This document shows positions 10,155 through 19,921 of a DNA stretch of 20,000 nt, piece after piece. How positions within the stretch are numbered: position 1 is the first letter of the stretch; each line of letters starts with the position of its first letter. The notes beneath the pieces were generated by a model. It did not search any database. It was not told where the DNA came from and saw only the letters and a list, made by a program, of their open reading frames with translations. Position numbers and translations under genes: made by a program. The stretch covers positions 53,116-73,115 of the forward strand of contig NKIB01012676.1 of NCBI GenBank assembly GCA_002256025.1. Reading direction: 5' to 3'. This stretch comes from Asterionella formosa (Eukaryota).

Positions 10155-10926
10155 TCAACCTGCCACTTGACCAGCTAACTGAGACCCATGCTCAATGGGG
10201 GTATTATCAGAAATCTGGTTGGTACTAAATAAATGTGGCTTTCCAACAGGAACTTTGTTAGGTATGATTCTTAAATAGGTAGGCCACTTAGTTTGCTCTG
10301 AATGCCAATGCCGGCCCTTTGGAGTCACTGTGGAACTCCTAATCATGACCGAGCCACAACATTAAATGCCTTCCTGCAATAAAACTCTGACCTTTCCTAA
10401 TGTAGCAACCCTTTTTCATGTGCAACCAAATCTAACCTTCTCATGAGAAGCTTGAACTCCTCTAACCTTCGCCTACCATTTGTCAAAAATTCAACATCCA
10501 TGGGCTTTAAAAATTTTCATGGCACACTGTGGTTCTGAAATCATGTTTTTGTATGCAACAAGGAGGCCGCATTTCGGGAATTTCCAGTTGAGAGGAACCC
10601 ATCTAAACTTTCCCTTTTGAATCCAAATTTTGTATTCACCCATCGATTCGGCTTGATCTGTATTATCACCAGTAGCTGACCTTGGCATCCTTCGATCTAG
10701 CTCCTAAAAAATCGTCACTCAGCAACTTGGTAATGAATTACTGTCGATAAAGTGTTTTCTGTTCTGCTGTTCAGATGTTTGTTTTCTAGTCGCTTTGATT
10801 TGTTGGGGGAGAGGATGTTGATGATGACGACAACCAATTCTGATTTCCATCGCGAATAACATTTCAACCTCCATGTCCACCAGTTCCAATTTCGGAAACA
10901 CGACGGCCACCACTGGAGTGCGGCAT
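10155..10926 (-). pseudogene. Decayed gene resembling the C-terminal domain of stramenopile Crypton-type (tyrosine recombinase) transposon proteins
   Basis: Reconstructed across frameshifts and stops: MPHSSGGRR...YKIWIQKGKFRWVPLNWKFPKCGLLVAY / P*KFLKPMDVEFLTNGRRRLEEFKLLMRRLDLVAHEKGLL...CRKAF...LGVP / TVTPKGRHWHSEQTKWPTYLR. The G-F-x-x-VP-x-x-W-x-FP ... TPKGR-x-x-x-x-Q-x-KW pattern is recalled from such proteins and has not been verified. Confidence 0.5.
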
Positions 10927-11108
10927 GTTGCAGTTATTGTATTTATTGTTTGTTGTAACTAATGATGTGTAAACTATTAAACTATGGATAGGACAACGTT
11001 AAAAAAATATATAGAATTAAAGCTGAATACATGACATCTCACTAAAGGAGTTTGAAACGACATTGAAGTAAAAAATAATATTGAAATGAATGAAAATAGT
11101 ATAATAAA

Positions 11109-11547
11109 CTAATCACCACTAGTTTTAGAGCGTTTAGAAACAGGTCTGAAGCCCGTGTTCACTTCGTTTGGGTCCTTGTTTTTTAATATGGATCAAACAC
11201 CCTTCAAGCAACAGTCAGGAAGTTCCATATGAGCATGCACCTTTTCCCAACAATGGTCCACACAAAACTCTGATTTAAAACTTGTAGAGAAGATTGCAGG
11301 CTCGTGATGCCATAATGTCTTCGTTCTTCAATCTACTGAGAATGGGTTCACCTTCCAAGAACTTTTCCACCAACTTTTTGACTTCACTTCATTGTCACTG
11401 ACATTCAGGGCAACCAAAATCACAGTATTCACAGAAGTTGCGACTCTCACATCCCTCCACAGCCCATTCAACTCTACAATCATCGGTCTTAGCATGTAGG
11501 ACAACTATCAAGACTGTAGTTGAATTCTTCATTGCCGTTGTTGTCAT
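11109..11547 (-). pseudogene. Decayed small Cys-rich gene with a P2X7 C-terminal (ballast, nanor-like) signature
   Basis: From ATG 11547: ...NFCEYCDFGCPECQ*Q*SEVKKLVEKF...SRACNLLYKF*IRVLCGPLLGKGA /fs/ MELPDCCLKGV*SILKNKDPNEVNTGFRP...TAG at 11109. This fits the R..LY...G.LGKG.R..LP.C...VR.......TGF pattern. Confidence 0.6.
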
Positions 11548-11909
11548 GGTGATGTGTTATTATCCTGAAAAAGAAAATTGTTGTTGCTTCCCTAGAATGA
11601 ATTTTTACCAAAATGAAGAACACTATGTAATGATTTGCATTGGGTCAGAAACAGTCTGTAACATCCATGATATATGTGCTCCTGACTTAGCTGTCACTTT
11701 CATCAAGAAGTCAGTGGTTGCCTTAATTAACTGCTAAATCCTGAGTTATAAAAGACACATTCGGTGCTAGCCACACATTGGAAATCTTCTAACATTGAGG
11801 AATGTGAATTCTGTAACAGGTAGTAACCACCTCAAATGTTGCAAGACAATTTCGTCCAGTGTTCTGGTAGAATAGTCTAGCTTCATTTAATTGAGCATGG
11901 TTCGTTTAG

Positions 11910-13276
11910 TTAAGTATCATTTGTCATAGCAACAACTGGTTCCCCTGGGACGTTCATTGGAACATATGCCGTTTCATTCGAAGGATATACTTGACAATAC
12001 CCCAATGTCCACTCTTGCTCATGACTCTCAGGCAGCCTGACTTGAAGACTGTATTTAACTTCAATGGCCTTTCTCATTTGGAACCATGAACGATGTCCCT
12101 TTCTACATTGCGAATGTGAGGCATTCTTCCACCATGGCAAGCCGCAGGTCCATGGCTTTTGGCAAGTTGTAAAATGAATGAACTTGATTTGATCAAAGGG
12201 CGTTTGGGAGCAGTCATCGCAATTCCTCTGCGTGGAATTCTTGCACATGATCCCATCATCTTCTATATGAGTATTGTATATGCATCGGTCCAACTCGACC
12301 GCATTTTCATGATACTTATAGTTTTATAGCCCCATATAAAGGCAAATAGTCCCTGCACTTGTGCGTCACCGTAGAAATTTCCCACTTTGCTTCCTTCCCA
12401 TCCATTCTCAATCGTAAAATTACCCTGAGAGACAGTGTGCACCATTTCTTGATATAGTGTGAGACTAGGCTTGGCCAGGATGAAGCCACCTTGTATGGGG
12501 AATTTTCTCCATGATGTGGGCTCGTTACGATTAGGTTGCAGATAGTCCCGTGTAAACATGACGTCAATGCGTGTGGGCAATGGTTGTTGACCCATGGTAA
12601 CAATGTTTTGGAATGTGGTAGCATCGTTCGACAACATTGCGTCGAACAATTCGTCTATCGGTTGTAGAAATATCATATCATTGTCCAAATGCATAACTAA
12701 ATCATGTTGAACAAATTGAAACGGAATGAGTTTCATCAACTCCCTGGCGCCACAACAGCCCCGTTCTTTCAACAATTTGAAAAAGGAAGGCTTCGTTTCC
12801 TTTAGCTCTTTAATTTCTATGGGAAGGTCTTGTTCCAACAACTCATATCCGTAATTTACCAAGTGTTTGGAGCATTCTCGGGTACGTCCTGATGAAAAGA
12901 CAATGGCATATAGCTTGTAGTCATAGTTGGAGTGCTCATGAATCTGTTGAATGGAATGAGCTAAAACGGCGGCACCTTCGTTGATTGAGGACATGCTGTA
13001 GATTTGATTTGGCATACAAAACGATATCGAAATACAGTAAGCGATGGAAGGTCGAGCTCGTGTCAGCGCCATTTCTGAATGTGACGATGTTAATATGCTA
13101 TTATTCAAGCCCTTGACAGGATTGGGATACTTTACTGATGGAAACACTTGAACAAATATAACCGCTACTGATATTAGAGCTGGCGCGACGAAGAGGTTCG
13201 TATTCCATCGGAAGCGCTTTCTTCGCCCGCCATGTTCAGCTGTGCGACTGATACTGTGCTGCGCAATGGCTGTCAT
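11910..13276 (-). pseudogene. Glycosyltransferase family 8-like type II membrane protein, frameshifted by an 8-bp insertion (452 aa if repaired)
   Basis: Basic RRKRFR then a hydrophobic anchor; AAVLAHSI, GCCGARELMKL, DxD motif HLDND and QVQGL in ORF 12263..13276. The continuation AVELDRCIYN...IHFTTCQKPW lies in the next frame (11910..12293). The junction is at 12316-12329. Confidence 0.85.
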
Positions 13277-13831
13277 TTTTCAAATCGTCATCACTTTGTT
13301 GGTCAAAAACGATAATTGCAGGGATTTGAGGTAAATTACAGTATGGGGGATCAACTTAAATGCGACCTTGTGCATATCGTAACTGCTATTTTTCAGGATA
13401 AAGCGAAGGCTCCAACAAAAACGATGCAATCGCCTTTGTCATGGTCACCATACGGTTTTTGGTTGATTTTTGTCAAAAGTTTTTTCAGACTCTATGAAAT
13501 CTATATTTATTATATGTATATTGTACAACGATATACCGGTACCTTTATTAAAATACATACGTGAAATTTATCCGGGTTTCCGGCGCGCCAAAATAATTAC
13601 TACGACCGAACCTTGCTGCTGTCTTATGCTTTTCTAAGATATACCTGCAACCTTTTTTGTGGAAGGATTTTTGCCACAAATATTTCCGTAAAAAAATAAT
13701 ATGTATACAATTCAATCAGATCAAATTTTACCGTACAAAAATGCGTAGTGATAAAAAGCATTTTTCGTTGTTCAACTCTTTGGTTCTGAGTTTCCGTTTC
13801 ATTGCCTCAGAACAAAGGGATCAACATCATT

Positions 13832-16800
13832 ATGTCACGTGATCCTCCCAATAAGAAAGCCAGAAATGCAAGTAATTCGAACTATGACAACTTCGAACAA
13901 GTGCGACGAGCAACGCTGACCCGACTGACGCGCGAAGCCCTCTCGGCGCCTGGCAGACCCGGCAGCAGCTCTGACAATTCTCATTCTGCTCATTTTGACA
14001 TGAAGGAAGATGGAAAAGAGGCACGCAAGCCAAAGGACAAGCGAATTACAGACCTATTGAATGAGCACCTGGCAACACAATTCATTTCGAAAACTGAACA
14101 GGGAGAGCAGAAGATGGAAGGGGATGTTGTCAGTTTGGGACTGCACAGTAGTTTTTTTGTGGAAGGTGTCAAGATTGGATGGCCGTACCCAGTAGTCATG
14201 ACGCCTCAGAGACAGGTAAGCTTCATGTTTACAGTGAAAATTCAATAGTTGTTGGTTGTTGTTACAATGCAGAACTCATAATTGCAGTTATGCAATAGTT
14301 TACCCTGATCTAATATTATCCGTCCAAAACTGATCCAACCATTTCCACACCGACACAAAATAAGCACAGATGGCCATTCATCTGATCAAGGCACTCAAGA
14401 ATCGTCGTCATGTTGTCATGGAATCCCCTACCGGAACGGGGAAATCTGCTGCTATTCTGTGTTCCGTTCTTGCTTGGCAACGCTGGCACAAAAAGCGCTT
14501 TCATTCTGACAAAACAGAAGAACCAGGTACCAACAAGACACCCACAATTATTTACTGCAGTCGCACTCACTCACAAGTCGCCCAAATGATTTCCTCGCTC
14601 CGAAAGACACCATACCGACCGAAAATGGCTGTGTTGGGCTCCAGAGAGAGACTATGCATTAATTCAAAAGTGACAAATTCAAAGAAAAAGCTTAACATCA
14701 ATCAGGCATGCCGTATCCGAGTCAGCAACACGGAAATGAATCGCAAAAAATTGTTTAATGATCCCACTTCATTTTATGACGACGAGAGTCCACCAGAGTC
14801 ATTGCTCGATGATCGTTTTGATAATGACGACGACCAGGGGTCATTGGAAAATTCAATGGAACAAAGCCGTGTCTCCGATATCGAAATGGATCAAGGTCGG
14901 AAGATTTCCACTCAAGCAATGTGCTCACATTACAGACAATTGGGACCTAGTCAAACCTCAAAACTGGCGCACGAAGCGTTTGTACCTGCACCAGACCGTG
15001 TAAATCACTGCGAATGCGGTGGTGAACAAACCAAGTTGGGCACACACGATGTAGAGGACTTGGTGAAGTTTGGAAAAGATCCACTTAAAAAAAGAAACGT
15101 AGCTATATTTCGAAGAGATTCATCTCGCAAGGTGGGTATGACGATTGCTCCTGATGATGACGGGAGAATACGAGTTGTTGATATTTCAAGCAGTGGATGT
15201 GTGGCCAAAGAAGGATCTATTAAGAAAGAAGATGAAATCGTGGCAATTCACGGGAAAAAAACAATTGGAAAGAGTCTAGCTAGCGTATGTGCCGAAATGA
15301 ATGAAGCGCCAGAGCCCCTCCTTTTGGATGTGACAAGTCATCCACATCAAGTGACGCGCGAGGACAATGAAGTGTCCCCATTTGCTCCTTGTCCATATTA
15401 TATTTCGCGGGCTTTAGCCAAGCATGCTGAAATAATATTCTGTCCATACAACTATGTATTGGATCCATTCATTCGCAAATCTCTCGACATTAATTTGAAG
15501 GAAGCCGTTGTTGTCCTAGACGAAGCTCACAATATAGAAGATATCCTTCGAGCAAGCGGATCAGGAAAGTTTGGAGAAATTGAACTATGTGAGATGGTGG
15601 TTATGTTGAATAATTATGCTGGCTCAGACAAGAACTCAAGAAATCTTGTGGACTTAAAAGGAAAAATGGAAGGCGAACATGACGAACAGGCGGATATCAG
15701 TGTCATTGCCCATGATTTACTCTTATTTGTGGAGAAGCTGGTAAACTTTCTAGTCTGCGAGAAAGAAAAGTTTCAGAACAGTTCTGATGCCGAAAAGGTC
15801 ATTGCTGATTGGATCAAGTTCAAGACTCCTGACGATCAAGAGTTTGAAATGTCTTTTGACGGCCCCACAGGCCACGGAACTGGAGGGAAAATTAAGGGAT
15901 GCCAACCATTTTTTGAAAAAATTGCTCTGAATGCATCACAAGCTAATCATTATCGAAAACTTGGAGAAGGACTGGAAGAGCATATTCGGAAAATTCACGG
16001 TGATGAAAGAAGTGACAAGCATTCAACGTTGTTGGACAAAATGAACAATTTAATCATGATAGTGTCGTACGCCCTGGAGCACTCGGAGCACTATTATGTT
16101 GCGTCAGTCGTTCAATCCAACGGATCATTAGAGTTTGCAAGTGGTACAAGTTCTGGGGGACTTCGAAAGGATGGCGGCTATCAGCGCCAGCCAAAGGCAA
16201 TGCCATTGGTGTGGCCTCGCACCAACGATAGTTCAAAAACATCAAATATGAAACTTCATTCGTGCCTTCATCTGGAATGTCGTAAAGCGACGAGTGGCCC
16301 CAACTTTCATGAAGGTGCCATTCGACATGGAAACTACTGTAACGGGTCAACTCAGCCTTGGGAAGCCCATCTGGTCGTCAATCTATTGGCCCCATCGAGG
16401 TTGATGAAGGACTTAAGGGACCAGTGCCGAACTGTAGTTCTCGCGAGTGGAAGTCTTGCTCCATTGTCTTCTCTGTGTGCTGAACTTGGCTTGGAAGGCC
16501 AACCACATGAGCTGTCAAAAAAGCTTGGCCCTGCTGTGTCCACCACGGCCGTGAATGATAAAGGAGAAACTCAAAAGAAACTTGAAGAGCTGAAGGGCAA
16601 AAGACTACAAATCGTTCCCAAACCTTTGGAAGCTAATCACGTCATAGACCTCGAAAAGCAGCTTCTTGCCATAAGTATTGGTTACTTTCCCGATGGCTCA
16701 CTATTGACCGTCAATTACAAGAACCAGAGTCAAGGAAACTTCATCCCGAAGTTAGGCGATGCCATTGCGTCGTGTATCGAAGCAATTCCAACTGGAGGAG

Positions 16801-17897
16801 TACTTGTCTTTCTTCCTAGCTACAAGACTCTCAATACTTGTATCAAGAGGTGGAGGGACGGCACCAACCAGAGTCAATCGAATGGCTACTACAATCGAGA
16901 CAACAACGACAAAGGCAGTAATGTCTGGCTTCGACTTCTTGCCAGTAAGGGGAAGGTAATCATTGAACCCACCGGTGGATCGCAGAATTCGTTTGAAGAA
17001 GCACGTGATGAATACGCAGAAACCATAAAGCGCACTGGAAAGTGTATTCTTTTCGCTGTATTTAGGGGAAAGATGTCAGAGGGAATCAGTTTCAATGATG
17101 CAAATGCCAGAGGTGTGATTTGCATAGGTATTCCATTTCCGAATTCCTTCGACAGAGCTATTACAGCCAAAAAGAAGTACAACGACGAACAACGTACAAT
17201 CAATAAGAAGCATGACATTCTTCCAGGTGACCAATGGTACATGCAACAAGCATACAGAGCAATCGCACAAGCGCTGGGTCGTTGTATTAGACATTCAGCC
17301 GACTATGGAACTATTATTTTGATGGACTCGCGCCACTGTGATGATGGATCGCCGATGGACGGAGTTTGCCCAGCCCATCGCAACCTGCCCAAATGGATGC
17401 GTCACCATGTCAGAAACCTTTCGAAGCGACAAGGAGGGGATCCAGATTACAAATCCATTCCTGGAGGTTGGCCAGGTCTCAAACTGGAAATGACACGATT
17501 CTTTCAGCAAGCCCCGATTCATGCAAAAGCCGTGTTGACGAAACAAAACGAAGACTTAGAGAAAGCTCAAATGCAACGAGGAGAAGCCCATAAATTCAAC
17601 AACAAGACCGGGCAATGGAGTTCTCCCTCATTCAGCGTATTGCCTAAGCCGCAACGTTCAATCCCGATCGAAAGCGGTTTGGATTCATGGCATGCTCGAC
17701 AAGATCTGCACTTATCTTCCAAGGCAAGAACTAGTGTGGTTATGTCAGGCACACCAATCGTGGCACCAGATTCAACGCCAAGTAGTATACGAAGCAATGA
17801 AGTGACCCCAACGCAACACGCAATTATCGATATAGTCGACTCCGATGACGACATGCCCTCACTTTCAGTCCTTTCAGGCGGTGAGAGAAGATACTAA
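13832..17897 (+). CDS. XPD/Rad3-family Fe-S DNA helicase, FANCJ/BRIP1-like; join(13832..14215,14370..17897), about 1303 aa
   Basis: Splicing CAG|GTAAG...CACAG|ATG restores the Q motif (WPYPVVMTPQRQ-MAIHLIKAL) ahead of Walker A ESPTGTGKS. Other motifs: SRTHSQ, four Fe-S cysteines (RLCIN, QACR, MCSHY, CPYY), DEAHNIED, LASGSLAP, RGKMSEGISF, GIPFPN and QAYRAIAQALGRCIRH. The C-terminal motifs are closer to FANCJ than to RTEL1. Confidence 0.92.
14216..14369 (+). other. GT-AG spliceosomal intron (154 bp, phase 0) of the helicase gene
   Basis: Donor GTAAGC at 14216 and acceptor CACAG ending at 14369; AT-rich with in-frame stops; removal joins two ORFs in frame. Confidence 0.85.
15093..15332 (+). other. 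PDZ-like domain inserted in the helicase Fe-S domain
   Basis: RNVAIFRRDSSRKVGMTIAPDDDGRIRVVDISSSGCVAKEGSIKKEDEIVAIHGKKTIGKSLASVCAEMNEAPEPLLLDV follows the PDZ consensus (R...LG+.I......I.V..I..GG.A...G.+..GD.I+.+NG....G.....+...+......L.V). Confidence 0.8.
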
Positions 17898-18145
17898 CGG
17901 AAAGACGTTAGATTCTCGGCAATTCAAAGACGCTGCATACCGGTAGTAATTTCATGTATAATGGATAACTATCAATGTAGGCACGAGTTTTGTATCTAAT
18001 GGTAGTTGAATATAATAACGTATTAATTCTGGGAACCGCTGCAGCAATTTTCAACACTGCCCCATTGTTGTTTGTTGTAGATATGAATGTTGAATGGATG
18101 GCGCAATCTTTAGAATGCCAAACGTCACTTGAGCGCATGCGCATC

Positions 18146-18778
18146 CTATAGTCCCTCCAAGTTCATTTGAACATTGGTGCGAAAGTCCTCGCTTGGGCTA
18201 TGGAGATCCAGCATTACTGTTGGAGTGGGTGGCGTCTGACGTTGATGACGCCCCGCTCTGGTGGAGTATTGAGACTTGGGTTGAGCTGCAAATACTCCAC
18301 CAGCCCGCAGATCTTCAATCAGGACGAGGCCTTCACTGCGCGAGTACGAGTGTGTCACAATACGAAAGCAGGGTAAGCGAGATGTTTCCTGTCAAAATGC
18401 AAAATGATACAATATTAAAAAAGAGACTTACTCCAAGATTTCAACCAAACGACAGTCGAACGCATATCCCAAGTCGCTGTCAAAACATTTTCCTTTCTGA
18501 GGGTGATTTTTCCAGGAGATGTGATGACCGGCGTCTTTTTCGTCGGTGTCATGATTTGCTGATGAATGACTGATACCGGTACCAAGGATGTTCAGTTTGG
18601 TACAATCGGCCCCAGAGCAGAACTGGAGACCCTGCCCCATCTTGCTCTTTTGTGGATCAGCGCTGTCTCCTCGTACGCCATGGCGAAGGAGTTTCCAAAT
18701 GCTTGAAGTAGCATTTGCTGAGATGACTAAAGTCATTACAAAAATCATGATTTTGACAACGAGGGATTCGGCTTTCAT
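18146..18778 (-). CDS. Hypothetical small, probably secreted protein; complement(join(18146..18335,18432..18778)), about 178 aa
   Basis: ATG 18778 with a signal-peptide-like start MKAESLVVKIMIFVMTLVISANA. Donor GTAAGT at 18431 and acceptor CGCAG at 18336 (96-bp intron) join two ORFs in frame as CRLVEILDEGLVLIEDLRAGG. Confidence 0.55.
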
Positions 18779-19469
18779 GGTCAATGACTGTTAGTTGATT
18801 TGATGTGAAGCTTGTAGAGCGAGTAGTTGGAGTGGACCGGTATATCGATCAGGAGCAAAGCAGCAGCTAATGTATTGTTCTTTTCGGAATAGTTGAGGTA
18901 ATGGGCGCCAGGGAGCCGTTTGTTTTGCTGTTCCTTTTGTGTCAAAATGGCGAGCGAAGCGAAGCTGATGTGAGAATTTCTCTGCTCCCAGCATTCTTGT
19001 TACCCAAGCAAAGTTGTCAACTATAGGACAACCGCGACATGATTCACTGATGTGATGTATGTATACTCATACATGAATTTATATAAGAAAACAGGTAAGT
19101 ACTCCTGTACCGATACTATACTATACCTTGTAACTCTATATGTAGAACGAACAAATTGGTCGGAGTGGCATTATGTATCATTTGTACTCGGAGTACCAGG
19201 TACCGGTAATATTTTAGCTGGCAGTACGACACCCGGAGGAGTGCCTGATTACCAGACCTGATGGTCACCAGCAGGTACCAGGTACCAGCAAGTTGCAGTA
19301 CCGGTAAATTTGCCAAAGAAATGATAATAGGATATGGCGGATGTTCACGCCTGATGATTGAATACTTAAATAAATATGCTGGCCAGCACAAGACAACCAT
19401 CACCTTTCATTTGTGGCGTGATCATTTTGAATACTATTATGCTGGAATTCAATTTGGCAGGAACTATGA

Positions 19470-19892
19470 TGTTAAAGTGAGCTCATCTACGTAGTTAGGA
19501 CTCGGAGTCAAACGAGTCAAACGATTCGAATGAGTCCACTTTGATGTACCAAGCTCTCATCAACCACACATTATACTTTGCTACTCCGACTATAATGAGC
19601 CGGACAACATAAGCTATTTCGGAAGACCGATAGTTTGAAATGAATGATCATGGTTAAATACCTATGATCAGTAAGTGTGAGATAGACATGGGTCTATCTA
19701 TGATTGTATGTTCCTAGAAATGCAAACAGCATTTGGAGAATAGTTCGTTTGTTTTGTTCAAACAGAACAACCTAAACTAGATTAGTAAACTCACAATAAG
19801 AATATAGAAACGGAAAGAGAAACGAACGTCTCTATCTATAGTCTTCTTTGTCTAACGATATAGATCTATACAAAAAAGGTAATACTTTAACA
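19470..19892 (+). mobile_element. 5' LTR (423 bp) of a Ty1/Copia retrotransposon (diatom CoDi-like)
   Basis: Perfect 9-bp terminal inverted repeat TGTTAAAGT...ACTTTAACA; homologous to 9678-10084; followed after 29 bp by a gag-like ORF. Confidence 0.9.
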
Positions 19893-19921
19893 CGTTTATA
19901 AACGGACTTAAGTGTTTTAAC

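Larger units (their letters stand above)
6871..11880 (-). mobile_element. Degraded, CpG-depleted transposon-derived block with several co-oriented pseudogenes (boundaries approximate)
   Basis: No intact long ORF. Zero CpG in 7201-7380, 8641-8820 and 11581-11760. Protein-like frames are interrupted by stops and frameshifts, and an LTR is nested inside. Confidence 0.55.

Noticed and set aside
19261..19494. 77-aa ORF running into the LTR
   Set aside because: It starts in GGTACC-rich low-complexity DNA, ends inside the LTR and has no recognisable family.
9678..19892. One giant element with 400-bp terminal inverted repeats carrying the GT8 and helicase genes
   Set aside because: Each repeat has its own TG...CA LTR ends, they are substantially diverged, and gag lies outside the right copy, so they are independent retrotransposon insertions.
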